This document shows positions 20,253-30,220 of a DNA stretch of 64,000 nucleotides, piece by piece. Origin of the DNA: an uncultured Bacilli bacterium (GTDB lineage: Bacteria > Bacillota_I > Bacilli_A > RF39 > UBA660); the NCBI GenBank assembly GCA_934096105.1, contig CAKOLH010000001.1:13178-77177 (forward strand), read 5' to 3'. The notes under the pieces were generated by a model, which saw only the letters and a program-made list of their open reading frames with translations, was not told the DNA's origin and did no database searches. The position numbers and the translations under genes were made by a program. Position 1 is the stretch's first letter; each line of letters opens with the position of its first letter.

Positions 20253-20609
20253 TTACATTTTATTAGTAATTTCTTTTATTTTTTCTGCTATCCATATTTC
20301 TAAATTATCTTTTAGAGGTTTAAAACCATTTTTTGTTTCTTCCATTCTTTCTAGTTTTGAACCATCATTTTTATAGTCTATATCTTTAATACTAAGCTTT
20401 AAATGATTATCTTCATCATCAATGTCTACAACTTTGGCATAAATTTCATCACCAATTTTTACAAAGTCATTTACATTTTTTACATAACCATAAGATATTT
20501 CAGAAATATGAATTAGTCCTTCGTAGTTATCAGTTTGGGCAAATACACCGTATTTTTGAATGCCTGTCACTGTTACTTTGACTACATCTTCTTTCTCTAT
20601 TTTTTTCAT
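20253..20609 (-). CDS. S1 RNA-binding domain protein (YugI/general stress protein 13-like)
   Basis: VKVTVTGIQKYGVFAQT..GLIHISEIS.GYVKNVNDFVKIGDEIYAKVVDID. Confidence 0.8.
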   Translation of the reverse strand: MKKIEKEDVVKVTVTGIQKYGVFAQTDNYEGLIHISEISYGYVKNVNDFVKIGDEIYAKVVDIDDEDNHLKLSIKDIDYKNDGSKLERMEETKNGFKPLKDNLEIWIAEKIKEITNKM

Positions 20610-20713
20610 ATTTCTTCCTCACTGGCAATATTATAGCACTTTTTCTTTATTTTTAGAATATATTATTGTTTTTTTTATAAAAAAAATATATAATAATTGT
20701 GGTGAGAAAAATT

Positions 20714-20950
20714 ATGGATAATAAAGAAATTGAAAAAAAGATATGTGAAGTATTAGATAAAATAAGACCATATTTAGAGAATGATGGTGGTTCTGTTAAG
20801 TTTAATAGATATGAAAATGGTGTTGCTTATGTAACATTAGTAGGAGCTTGTTCAAATTGTCCTTTGGCCTCTGTTACATTAGAGGATGGTATTGAATCTG
20901 CTTTAATAAATGAAATACCTGAAGTTGTTAAGGTTGTAAATGAGGATTAA
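20714..20950 (+). CDS. NifU-like (Nfu) Fe-S cluster domain protein
   Basis: IRPYLENDGGSV.F......VYVTLVGACSNCPLASVTLEDGIE. Confidence 0.8.
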   Translation: MDNKEIEKKICEVLDKIRPYLENDGGSVKFNRYENGVAYVTLVGACSNCPLASVTLEDGIESALINEIPEVVKVVNED

Positions 20951-21845
20951 GTCCTCTTTTTTTTAACCATTCAATACTTGGTATATCATAATATTTTCTT
21001 AAGTATAAATAAGTATTATATAAATATATTTCATACTCAGTTATTCTACTTATTATTTTATTTAGTTCTTTTTCTTCTTTTTTACCACTTATTATTTCAT
21101 CATATAAGTTAAAATAGAAACTAGGGTATAATATTCTAGAAAATAGTATTCTTATTCCATAAGGTGAGTAATAATTGTAATAAAAGTATTCATCTAATTC
21201 TTTGAATATATTTTTATTATTACTCCAAAAGGAGAATTTTATGTATTCTGCAACATCTCTGGCTTTATGATCTAATATTAAGTTAGAAGGATCAGTTAGA
21301 GATAATCCGATATTGTTGTGAGATATAACTTTTTGATCGGTAATGGTTGGTTTTAATTCTAATTTGGTATTTACTAAATAAGATATAGCATTTTCAGCCA
21401 TACCTATAAAATAATCAAATGATTCTCTTATTAGGGGATATTTTTTTTCGTTTTCTCCTACTTGCATTTCGTAGTAGTCAATTTTGTTTTCCCATAATAA
21501 TTCCCATTTATTTCTTTCTAATGTAGTTATATTTATATTTGATAAGGCCATATTTGATATTAATGGTAATGATAATTTTACTTTGGTTTTATTTAATATT
21601 AAGATATAATAATTATCATTTACTTTTGTCAAGGGATTATTATATTTATTCGGTATTATACTATCTATATTTAATCTATTTGAAATAAGGGTATTTAGTT
21701 TATATATATCATAACTTTTATCTATATTATCTATGTATGGTCTAAAAGTAAAATGATTATTATTTAAATCAAAATAGTAGATATCATTATTATTATGTAG
21801 TTCATCTATTCTTAAGTTATAGTAGTATTCTATTATGTTTTTCAT
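20928..21845 (-). CDS. CotS/YutH-like kinase-fold spore coat protein (tentative)
   Basis: The N-terminus IIEYYYNLRIDELHNNNDIYYF resembles the CotS/YutH family, and a YutD-like gene lies nearby. Assignment is weak. Confidence 0.4.
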   Translation of the reverse strand: MKNIIEYYYNLRIDELHNNNDIYYFDLNNNHFTFRPYIDNIDKSYDIYKLNTLISNRLNIDSIIPNKYNNPLTKVNDNYYILILNKTKVKLSLPLISNMALSNINITTLERNKWELLWENKIDYYEMQVGENEKKYPLIRESFDYFIGMAENAISYLVNTKLELKPTITDQKVISHNNIGLSLTDPSNLILDHKARDVAEYIKFSFWSNNKNIFKELDEYFYYNYYSPYGIRILFSRILYPSFYFNLYDEIISGKKEEKELNKIISRITEYEIYLYNTYLYLRKYYDIPSIEWLKKRGLNPHLQP

Positions 21846-21936
21846 AGTATCCCTCAATAATATTTTATTATTTTAAATTAAAATATAGACTAAAAATGAT
21901 AAATATGTTACAATTAGGTATAGATGAGGATAAGAA

Positions 21937-23118
21937 ATGAAAAAGACAATTAGAAATTATAGATTAGAGGGAAAAAAGGTTATTATAAGATGTGACTTTA
22001 ATGTACCTTTGAATAGTAAAAATAAAATAACTGATTATACTAGAATAAAGGCTAACTTAAAAACTATTAGATATGCCATTATGAAAGGAGCTAAAGTTAT
22101 TTTACTTTCACATTTAGGTAAGGTAAAAACTGATTTGGATAAGAAGAATAATAGCTTGTATCCAGTGGCTATAGCTTTATCTAGATATTTAAATAAGGAA
22201 GTTAAGTTTTCTCCTGATACTAGAGGTTATAAATTGGAAAGTATGATTAATGAACTTAATAATGGTGATGTTTTATTAGTGGAAAATACTAGATTTGAGG
22301 ATATATGTGGTAAAAAAGAATCAAACTGTGATGAAGAATTATCTAAATATTGGGCATCACTAGGTGATATTTTTATTGAGGATGCTTATGGTTCTTGTCA
22401 TAGAAATCATGCTTCAGTTACTGGTATACCTAAATACTTACCTAGTGGTATTGGTTTTCTAATTGAAAATGAATTAAATAAAATTAATACAGTTCTAGAT
22501 AGTGATACTCATCCATTTATTGTAGTAATGGGTGGTAAAAAAGTAGATGATAAGATAGTACTTATTGAAAAGCTTTTGGAGAAGTGTGATAAGCTTTTAG
22601 TAGGTGGAGCAATGTCTTTTACTTTTCTAAAGGCTATGGGATATAATGTTGGTAAATCAATTGTCAGTGATGAACATATTCCTTTTTGTAAGAGAATGTT
22701 AGAAGAATATCCAAATAAGATTGTATTACCGGAAGATTTTATTACTGAGAAAGATGATGTACTTGGTAATACTATGATAGAGCATTTTGAAGATGATGAT
22801 ATTGGATATGATATAGGTTCTAAAACAGTTAATAAGTTTAATAAAATACTTAGTACCGCTAAAAGAGTAATATTAAATGGTCCTATGGGAATGTTTGAAG
22901 AAGGTAGATTTAGTAATGGTACTTATTTGATTATGAAACAACTTAGTGAGATTAAGGCTAAAACTGTTGTTGGTGGTGGAGATACTGCTGCAGCAGTTAA
23001 TAAACTTGGCTTTGAAAAGAAATTTTATCATGTTTCTACTGGTGGTGGTGCAACTATGAAATATCTAGAAGATGGTAAACTGATTGGAATTGAAGTGATT
23101 GATGATGAAAAAAAATAA
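21937..23118 (+). CDS. pgk: Phosphoglycerate kinase
   Basis: RCDFNVPL, ILLSHLGKV, VENTRFE, FIEDAYGSCHR, GGGDTAAAV, STGGGA. Confidence 0.93.
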   Translation: MKKTIRNYRLEGKKVIIRCDFNVPLNSKNKITDYTRIKANLKTIRYAIMKGAKVILLSHLGKVKTDLDKKNNSLYPVAIALSRYLNKEVKFSPDTRGYKLESMINELNNGDVLLVENTRFEDICGKKESNCDEELSKYWASLGDIFIEDAYGSCHRNHASVTGIPKYLPSGIGFLIENELNKINTVLDSDTHPFIVVMGGKKVDDKIVLIEKLLEKCDKLLVGGAMSFTFLKAMGYNVGKSIVSDEHIPFCKRMLEEYPNKIVLPEDFITEKDDVLGNTMIEHFEDDDIGYDIGSKTVNKFNKILSTAKRVILNGPMGMFEEGRFSNGTYLIMKQLSEIKAKTVVGGGDTAAAVNKLGFEKKFYHVSTGGGATMKYLEDGKLIGIEVIDDEKK

Positions 23119-24124
23119 GCTTACTGTATATTTGACTGTTGTTATAATACTATTTGTATGTGTATTATATGTTTCTTTGAAAGACGATTATAAAGATATC
23201 TTGAATGCACTTGATGATGTTAATATATTGTTTCTTTTGATAGGAGTATTTTTTATGTTTCTATCTAAGTATTTTCTTGGAGAAACATTATATTTTTTGA
23301 CTAAAAAAGAAAAGTCTGATATTAAAATAAAAGATATGGTACTTATTGAACTTATTTATCCCTTTTTTGCGGGTATTACTCCTAGTTCATTAGGTGGTGA
23401 GTCTTTTGAAATATTATATATGAGAGACTGTGGTATTTCGGTGGGTAAGGGATCTAATATTACTATACAGAAGTTTATTACTTATCAGATATCACTACTT
23501 ATTATTAATACGATGGCAGTAATTTTAAACTTGTTTATTAGGGTTGTGCCTCTTAATAGTTTTGTCTTTTCTTTTGTAGTTATTAATTTCTTGATAAATG
23601 GATTTTTGCTTGGTTTCTTTTTCTTGGTGGCCTACAATAAGAAGTTTAATCATTTTATTATGAAGAAGGGACTACAGATAGGTCATAAACTTCATTTTGT
23701 TAGAAATATTGAGAAGACTAGAGATAGATTAGATAATTATTTAAAGAACTTTGATGAGGGTGTTGAAAAGTTAAAACATGATAAGAAGTTGTTTTTTAAG
23801 GTAATTGGTATTCAAATGTTATCATTCTTATTTTATATGTTAGCGGCTTATCCAGTAGCGGTATCTATGGGTATTACTAGTATTAGTGCTGTTAAGATGT
23901 TTATTTTGGCTACTTATGTTAAGATGCTTAGTCTTATATTTATTACTCCTGGTAATAGTGGGGCAGCAGAATATAACTTTGTGTATTTATTTACTGGTCT
24001 TATATCTGAGTCTGATATAATGGCATACATGTTGATGTGGAGACTTGTTACTTATTATATTCCTCTTATAGTAGGTGGTTTAATTGCAATTACGTGGAAG
24101 AAGGTGAAACATAATTATGAATAA
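23099..24124 (+). CDS. Polytopic membrane protein, LPG-synthase-TM / flippase-like (UPF0104) family
   Basis: About 8 TM helices and a C-terminal PGNSGAAEY-type motif. Overlaps both the pgk stop and the tpiA start. Confidence 0.55.
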   Translation: MMMKKNKLTVYLTVVIILFVCVLYVSLKDDYKDILNALDDVNILFLLIGVFFMFLSKYFLGETLYFLTKKEKSDIKIKDMVLIELIYPFFAGITPSSLGGESFEILYMRDCGISVGKGSNITIQKFITYQISLLIINTMAVILNLFIRVVPLNSFVFSFVVINFLINGFLLGFFFLVAYNKKFNHFIMKKGLQIGHKLHFVRNIEKTRDRLDNYLKNFDEGVEKLKHDKKLFFKVIGIQMLSFLFYMLAAYPVAVSMGITSISAVKMFILATYVKMLSLIFITPGNSGAAEYNFVYLFTGLISESDIMAYMLMWRLVTYYIPLIVGGLIAITWKKVKHNYE

Positions 24125-24818
24125 ATTAGTTGTTCTTAATCATAAGATGAGTCTTTTATATGATGATTTATATAGTTATATAGAGATGCTTAATAATATT
24201 GAGACTGATTGTGATATTGTTGTATGTCCATCTAATATTTATTTAGAGGCATTCTTAAATAATTCTGATTATGCTATTGGGTGTCAGAATATTAATTATA
24301 ACTTAGATGTTAATAATACTGGTGAGATATCTACTGACCAAGTAAGAGCTCTTGGAGTAGAGTATGCTATTATAGGACATAATGAGAGAGTAGAAAAGTA
24401 TCATGAGAATAAGAATATTGTTAATATGAAACTTATCGCGGCTTTAGAGGCTAATATATTACCAATTCTTTGTTTTGGTGAGAATATTGATGAGGATTAT
24501 AAAGTGGCTATTCCTAAAATACTTGATGTTTATTTAAAAGATGTTCTTAATATTGATTTTATTACTTTTGCTTATGAACCTGTTTATGCTATTGGTACTG
24601 GAACACTTCCAAGTGTTGATAGAATTAAGGAAGTAACTGATTTTATTAGTAAATATATTGAAGATAAATATCATAAGAAGCCTAGTATTATATATGGTGG
24701 TAGTGTTGATAGTAGTAATATTGATGAAATTATTAATATAGAAAGGTTATCTGGTGTTATGGTAGGAGCTATATCATCGAATATAAAAGAAATACAAAAA
24801 ATATTTAAAAATATATAG
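24117..24818 (+). CDS. tpiA: Triose-phosphate isomerase (divergent)
   Basis: VLNHKM (Asn/Lys), IGHNER (His), AYEPVYAIGTG (Glu), IIYGGSV. Confidence 0.85.
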   Translation: MNKLVVLNHKMSLLYDDLYSYIEMLNNIETDCDIVVCPSNIYLEAFLNNSDYAIGCQNINYNLDVNNTGEISTDQVRALGVEYAIIGHNERVEKYHENKNIVNMKLIAALEANILPILCFGENIDEDYKVAIPKILDVYLKDVLNIDFITFAYEPVYAIGTGTLPSVDRIKEVTDFISKYIEDKYHKKPSIIYGGSVDSSNIDEIINIERLSGVMVGAISSNIKEIQKIFKNI

Positions 24819-24868
24819 AGAAGTACTTAATAAGATATTTCTCTATTTTTCTTTGGTTTATAGTATAA

Positions 24869-24875
24869 TTCGACA
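24869..24875 (+). promoter_or_regulatory. Candidate Spo0A box (TTCGACA) overlapping the 3' end of a TATAAT hexamer upstream of spo0A
   Basis: Sequence tagTATAATTCGACAtattt. The 0A-box consensus is TGNCGAA / TTCGNCA. A single 7-mer is weak evidence on its own. Confidence 0.3.
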
Positions 24876-24930
24876 TATTTTTCGTTTTTGATGCAGTACA
24901 ATGATAATGTAAGAAAGAAGGTATAAGAAA

Positions 24931-25686
24931 ATGGAAAAAATAAAAGTTTTAATGATTGATGATAATGTTAATTTAGTGGAGATGGTTAAGGATTATTTTG
25001 AGAATCATCCTAAGATTGAAATTGTTGGTAGTGCTAATGATGGAATGGAAGGGTTGAATATTATTAAGGAAGGTAAACTTAAATATGACCTTATTGTACT
25101 AGATTTGATTATGCCAAAGAAAGATGGGATGGGTGTTCTTAAAGAATTAAAGGATTCTAATATTGCTTCTAATGTGATTGTGGCTACTTCTTATAATGCT
25201 CCTGATACGATAAGGAAGGTTAGTGAATATGGGGCTAATTATTATATACTTAAGCCTTTTGAACTTCCTGACTTAGAAGAGAAGATACTGGATACTTTTA
25301 ATACTAATAAGAGTAAGAGTATTAATCTTATTAGTAATAATCTGCAGATATCTATTAGTAAGATGTTACATGAACTTGGTATGCCATCACATATTAAGGG
25401 ATATCAATATATTAGGGAGGCTATTTCAATGGTATATGATAATCCGGAGATAGTAGGAGGTATTACTAAGGAATTATATCCTACTTTGGCTGGTAAATTT
25501 GATACTACTGTATCGAGAGTTGAAAGGGCTATTAGGCATGCTATTGAGGTATCTTGGAATAGAGGTGACTGGGATTTGATGGAAGAGGTATTTGGTCATA
25601 GTGTGGATATTGATAAGGCTAAACCTACTAATTCGGAGTTTATTGTTACGGTAGCGGATAAACTTAGACTTGAATATGTTAGATAA
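24931..25686 (+). CDS. spo0A: Sporulation master response regulator Spo0A
   Basis: Receiver domain (DDN...DLIMP). Diagnostic C-terminus [18 protein letters not shown]...[20 protein letters not shown]. Confidence 0.95.
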   Translation: MEKIKVLMIDDNVNLVEMVKDYFENHPKIEIVGSANDGMEGLNIIKEGKLKYDLIVLDLIMPKKDGMGVLKELKDSNIASNVIVATSYNAPDTIRKVSEYGANYYILKPFELPDLEEKILDTFNTNKSKSINLISNNLQISISKMLHELGMPSHIKGYQYIREAISMVYDNPEIVGGITKELYPTLAGKFDTTVSRVERAIRHAIEVSWNRGDWDLMEEVFGHSVDIDKAKPTNSEFIVTVADKLRLEYVR

Positions 25687-25714
25687 TAAAAGAAAAGACA
25701 GTGATTGTCTTTTC

Positions 25715-26203
25715 TTAATAACCTAATACTTTTTCTAAACTTTCGTCATTATCTATGTATTCTTGTACTTTAATTATACGATATTTCTTTTTGGTATCTC
25801 TAATTATTACTTCTTTGATACCGGAATTGATAATCATTCTTTTGCATAGGGCACAAGGATTAGCATTTTCAACATAGGTATGGTCTTTATAGTTTATTCC
25901 TACTAGATATAGAGTGGAATCTATCATATCTCTTCTTGATGCACTGATAATGGCATTCTGCTCGGCATGAACACTACGGCATAGTTCGTATCTTTCTCCT
26001 CTTGGGATATTTAATTTTTCTCTTGTGCAATAGCCAAGATCACAGCAGTTTTTTCTTCCACGGGGGGCTCCAACATAGCCTGTTGATATTATTTCATCAT
26101 TTTTGACAATGATGGCTCCAAAGTTTCTTCTTAGACATGTTCCCCTTTCAACAACGGTTTCAGCAATGTCTAAGTAGTAATTTATTTTATCTATTCTTTC
26201 CAT
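25715..26203 (-). CDS. comEB: dCMP deaminase, ComEB type
   Basis: HAEQNAI and PCALCKRMI zinc motifs. Confidence 0.8.
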   Translation of the reverse strand: MERIDKINYYLDIAETVVERGTCLRRNFGAIIVKNDEIISTGYVGAPRGRKNCCDLGYCTREKLNIPRGERYELCRSVHAEQNAIISASRRDMIDSTLYLVGINYKDHTYVENANPCALCKRMIINSGIKEVIIRDTKKKYRIIKVQEYIDNDESLEKVLGY

Positions 26204-26311
26204 AATACACCTCTTATAAAGATTATATCAAATAAAGTGTAAATTTGGAATAAAAACTATTCTTTTTTCATAATTTGTGTTATATTATAGGTGTAAGTAA
26301 GGAGAATGAAT

Positions 26312-27358
26312 ATGGATAATGAGAATAAACCTATAATGGAGACTGAACCTTTTGATTATAAGGAGGATAATGGTGATATGAAAATGAAACTTAATAGAAG
26401 TAATGATGATAATAAGAAGAAAATTATTATGTATGTTGTTATAGGAATAGTAGTACTTATTTTGATTTTGGTTATGATTTATATTATTCTTGGTAATAAG
26501 AAAGATAATGCTGATAATAAGAAGAATGATACTGATATTGTAAATAAGAATGAGGATAAAGATAAGGATACTAATAAGAGTAATATGGGATATGTATCTT
26601 GTGATGATAATACTTCGCTTCTTAATGTAAGGAATTCTACTAGTGGGGATATTATTGATGGGTTATCCTGTTATAAGGAAGTTACTATTGAAGAGGAACT
26701 ACCTGGTACGGATAATTGTAAGAAGTGGTATAAGGTTAGTTATGTGAAGAGGGGTAGTAATTATACTGGGTATGCTTGTGGTACTTATATTAAGGTAGAA
26801 GATATAGATAAGAATACTATTAAGACTGCTAAAGAGGTTATTGATAAGGCTAATAATTATTATGAGAATAGTGTTCTTAAGGCTTATTGTGGGGAGAATC
26901 CTGGTGAAACTAAGACTATTGAATATAATGAGAATGGTAATGGTTTTAAAGGGTATTATGTTAAGTCTGAGTATAAGAATCTTGAGGAGTTAAAGAAGCA
27001 TTTGCTTACTTTCTTAGATGAATCGCTTATTAAGACTGAACTTAAACTTTCGGATATTAATAATAAGAGAATGTATGATGACTACTATGAGATTGATGGT
27101 AATTTATATTGTAGGAATTATTCTGGTAAGGGATGGCATACTAGATATACTGGTAACTATGATATTGAGATTACTAATAGTAGTGATAGTAGAATATCTG
27201 GTAATATTGTTTATGAATATTTAACAGAAGAGAGTACTTGTGATGTTAAGAACTTATCTAAGTGTAGTAATTCTAATTTTAAATATGAACTTGGTAAGTT
27301 TAATATTGATAAAGTGGATAATAATTATGTTGTTACTAAGATAGACTTTCATGAATAA
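26312..27358 (+). CDS. Membrane-anchored hypothetical protein with an SH3b-like domain
   Basis: TM helix IIMYVVIGIVVLILILVMIYIIL and a lysine/aspartate-rich linker. LNVRNSTSGDIIDGL..WYKV resembles bacterial SH3. Confidence 0.5.
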   Translation: MDNENKPIMETEPFDYKEDNGDMKMKLNRSNDDNKKKIIMYVVIGIVVLILILVMIYIILGNKKDNADNKKNDTDIVNKNEDKDKDTNKSNMGYVSCDDNTSLLNVRNSTSGDIIDGLSCYKEVTIEEELPGTDNCKKWYKVSYVKRGSNYTGYACGTYIKVEDIDKNTIKTAKEVIDKANNYYENSVLKAYCGENPGETKTIEYNENGNGFKGYYVKSEYKNLEELKKHLLTFLDESLIKTELKLSDINNKRMYDDYYEIDGNLYCRNYSGKGWHTRYTGNYDIEITNSSDSRISGNIVYEYLTEESTCDVKNLSKCSNSNFKYELGKFNIDKVDNNYVVTKIDFHE

Positions 27359-27494
27359 AAATGTAAAATATATCAAAAAATACTTGATATATTTTTATTT
27401 TATGGTATTATAAATAACCAAGGAAGTGATGCACATCTACAATTAATTTTTAATTAGTTAGTATGTGCTTTTTTGTTTATTTGGAGGTCATCTT

Positions 27495-29789
27495 ATGATT
27501 GAGACTAATTTACCGATATTGTACTTAAGAGAAGTAGTATTACTTCCATTTAATGAAATTAGATTAGAGTTTACTGAAGATAAAGAAAAGAATATTCTTG
27601 ATATTTCTATGAAGAATTATGATAGTAATATTCTGCTTATTAATTTGGCTGATCCTCTTGAGGAGGCTCCACTTATTAATGATTTATCTAATGTTGGTAT
27701 TTTGGCTAAGATTAAGTCTAAGATAGATCTTCCTAATGGGATAACAAGAGTGGTACTAAAGGGTATTGATAGGGTTACGATATCTAGTTATGTTGAGGAT
27801 ACTACAGTATTATCGGCTTTTGTTGTTCCTACTAAAGAATATGATTATAATGAGGTGGAGGCTGCTGCTTTAAAGAGAGTTTTATATCGTAAATTGGATG
27901 AGTATATTGATATTTCTCCTTATATGTCTAATACTGTTCTTGGTAGAATTAATGATGTTAAGAATATTAGTAAGTTATCTGATATTATAGTAGCAGAACT
28001 TCCTTTGGAATATAAGGATTTGATTAAGTATATAGAGATTACTAATCCGATGGTTAGGATTAAGAATATTATTGAGGATTTATCTAAAGAGATAGAGACT
28101 GTTAGATTAGAGAATGAAATTGAAGATAATTTGAAGGTTAAGTTAGAGGAAGACCAAAGGGAATATATGCTTAAGGAGAAGATTAGGCTTATTAAGGAAG
28201 AACTTGGGGAGACTGATTTAAAAGAAGAGGATATTAATAAGGTTAGGAATAAGATGAATAGTCTTAAATTACCTGATAATATTACGAAGAGACTTAATGA
28301 AGAGATAGAGAGATATTCTCTTACTAGTAGTGCTTCGCCGGAAGTTACTACGATTAGGAGTTATATTGATTGGCTTTTGGCATTACCTTGGAATAATGAG
28401 AGTAAGGATATTACGGATATTAAGAAGATAGAGAGTACTTTGGATGAATCGCATTTTGGTCTTGATAGTGTTAAGAAGAGAATTCTTGAGTTTATAGCGG
28501 TTAAGAAGAAGACTAATACTGCTAATAGTCCGATACTTTGTTTGGTTGGGCCTCCAGGTGTTGGTAAGACATCGCTTGCTAGTTCTATTGCTAGAGCACT
28601 TGGTAAGGAGTTTGTTAAGGTATCTTTGGGTGGTATTAATGATGAGGCTGAGATACTTGGCCATAGGAGAACTTATGTAGGGGCTTCTCCTGGTAAGATT
28701 ATTCAGCAGATGAAGAAGGCTAAGACTTCTAATCCGGTATTTTTGATTGATGAAGTTGATAAGATTACTAAGGATTATAAAGGAGATCCAGCGTCAGCGT
28801 TACTTGAGATACTTGATAAGTCACAGAATAATAAGTTTTGTGATAATTATATTGAAGAAGAGTTTGATTTGAGTAAGGTACTTTTTATACTTACTGCGAA
28901 TAATATTGAGAAAGTACCTGCTCCTTTACTTGATAGATTAGAGATTATTGAGTTATCTAGTTATACGATATATGAAAAGGTTAGCATTGCTAAGTATCAT
29001 TTAATTCCTAATTTACTTGAGGATTACAAAGTAAAGGGTATTAAGTTTACTGATGAGGCTATTGAGAAGATTATTACTTCTTATACTAAAGAGGCTGGGG
29101 CTAGAGATTTGTATAGACAAATTGATTCGGTAATTAGAAAGGTTATTATATCTAGAGATAGGAATAGTAGGGTAGATGTTACTCCTTCGGATATTGAGGT
29201 ATATTTAGGTCCTTCTAAATATAGTATTATGGCTAATGAAGAGACTAATAAGACTGGTATTGTTAATGGGCTTGCTTATACTCCTTATGGGGGTACTATT
29301 CTTAAGGTTACTTGTACTTTGTATCCTGGTCATGGTAATGTTACTTTGACTGGTGCTTTAGGAGATGTTATTAAAGAGAGTATTTATATTGCTCTTAGTT
29401 ATATTAAGGCTAATAATACTAAGTTTAAGATTGATTATAAGATATTTGAGGAGTCTGATTTTCACTTTCATATTGAGGAAGGGGCTGTTCCTAAAGATGG
29501 TCCTTCTGCGGGTATTACTATTGTTACTGCTATTCTTAGTTTACTTAAGAATAGGGTTATTGATAATAAGATATCTATGACTGGTGAGATTACTTTAAGA
29601 GGTAAGATACTTCCTGTTGGGGGTCTTAAAGAGAAACTTATATCTGCTGTTACTAATGGTATTACTACTGTGTATTTACCTTTAGAGTTATCTAAAGAAC
29701 TTATATTACTTCCTAGTGAAGTTAAAGATAGACTTGATATTGTCTTAGTAGAAGACTATGAGGATGTATACAAGAGATTATTTAAGTAA
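27495..29789 (+). CDS. lon: ATP-dependent Lon protease
   Basis: LPILYLREVVLLPF, GPPGVGKTS, FLIDEVDK, PKDGPSAGITI, MTGEITLRGKILPVGGLKEK. RBS ggagg at 27483. Confidence 0.93.
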   Translation: MIETNLPILYLREVVLLPFNEIRLEFTEDKEKNILDISMKNYDSNILLINLADPLEEAPLINDLSNVGILAKIKSKIDLPNGITRVVLKGIDRVTISSYVEDTTVLSAFVVPTKEYDYNEVEAAALKRVLYRKLDEYIDISPYMSNTVLGRINDVKNISKLSDIIVAELPLEYKDLIKYIEITNPMVRIKNIIEDLSKEIETVRLENEIEDNLKVKLEEDQREYMLKEKIRLIKEELGETDLKEEDINKVRNKMNSLKLPDNITKRLNEEIERYSLTSSASPEVTTIRSYIDWLLALPWNNESKDITDIKKIESTLDESHFGLDSVKKRILEFIAVKKKTNTANSPILCLVGPPGVGKTSLASSIARALGKEFVKVSLGGINDEAEILGHRRTYVGASPGKIIQQMKKAKTSNPVFLIDEVDKITKDYKGDPASALLEILDKSQNNKFCDNYIEEEFDLSKVLFILTANNIEKVPAPLLDRLEIIELSSYTIYEKVSIAKYHLIPNLLEDYKVKGIKFTDEAIEKIITSYTKEAGARDLYRQIDSVIRKVIISRDRNSRVDVTPSDIEVYLGPSKYSIMANEETNKTGIVNGLAYTPYGGTILKVTCTLYPGHGNVTLTGALGDVIKESIYIALSYIKANNTKFKIDYKIFEESDFHFHIEEGAVPKDGPSAGITIVTAILSLLKNRVIDNKISMTGEITLRGKILPVGGLKEKLISAVTNGITTVYLPLELSKELILLPSEVKDRLDIVLVEDYEDVYKRLFK

Positions 29790-29793
29790 TTGA

Positions 29794-29892
29794 CACTGTA
29801 AGTCTTAGGTCTTACAGTGTTCTTTTTAGCCTAAGGTCTAAAAAGAATATATCTACATATCTATTATATATAAGCCATATCTATATATTTAG
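29794..29892 (-). repeat. Interspersed structured repeat, copy C (reverse orientation)
   Basis: cactgtaag-tcttaggt-cttacagtg, then ttctttttag-cctaaggt-ctaaaaagaa, then tatatctacatatctattatatataagccata. Confidence 0.85.
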
Positions 29893-30039
29893 TATAAATT
29901 GTTCTATAAAATACTTGTATAAATATTTAATTTATGTTATTATTTTGTATGTAAGGTAAATAGATTGATTTGTTCTAAATATTTATAATTTTTATATATT
30001 TTTTAGAATAAAAATCAACAAGAAAAGGAGGCCCTTCTT

Positions 30040-30096
30040 ATGATTAAAATGGTAAATAGAAATGTTAACTATTTGTTAATTAGGGGGGGGGCTTGA
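30040..30096 (+). CDS. Leader mini-ORF MIKMVNRNVNYLLIRGGA, whose last codons are formed by a G9 tract
   Basis: Strong SD aaaaggagg 8 nt upstream of the ATG. The stop TGA lies 2 nt after the G run. Translation is unproven. Confidence 0.35.
   Translation: MIKMVNRNVNYLLIRGGA
30083..30091 (+). repeat. Homopolymeric G9 tract
   Basis: Sequence ttaGGGGGGGGGcttga. Conspicuous in this AT-rich window. Confidence 0.95.
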
Positions 30097-30144
30097 AAGT
30101 CTATTAACCTATATAAATAAAGGAATTATAATTAATTTTAATAT

Positions 30145-30197
30145 AAAGACTATAAAGAGAACTAATAGAAATATTAGTCTTTCTTTATAGTCTTTTT
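30145..30197 (+). terminator. Long hairpin plus T run (terminator/attenuator) just upstream of the 30221 operon
   Basis: aaagactataaaga..actaat / attagt..tctttatagtcttt followed by tttta. Confidence 0.55.
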
Positions 30198-30220
30198 ATG
30201 TTATAGAAGGAAGGTATATT

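Noticed and set aside
24117-24818. tpiA as a pseudogene, because of its divergent motifs
   Set aside because: The reading frame is intact and full length, and the catalytic Lys (NHK), His (GHNER) and Glu (YEPVYAIGTG) positions are retained.
25715-26203. Two dCMP deaminase paralogs (also 34301-34804) as nucleotide-depleting anti-phage genes
   Set aside because: Both are short single-domain enzymes with canonical HAE/PCxxC motifs, sit in housekeeping contexts, and have no kinase or regulatory fusions. They were judged to be ordinary comEB-type and dCMP deaminase genes.
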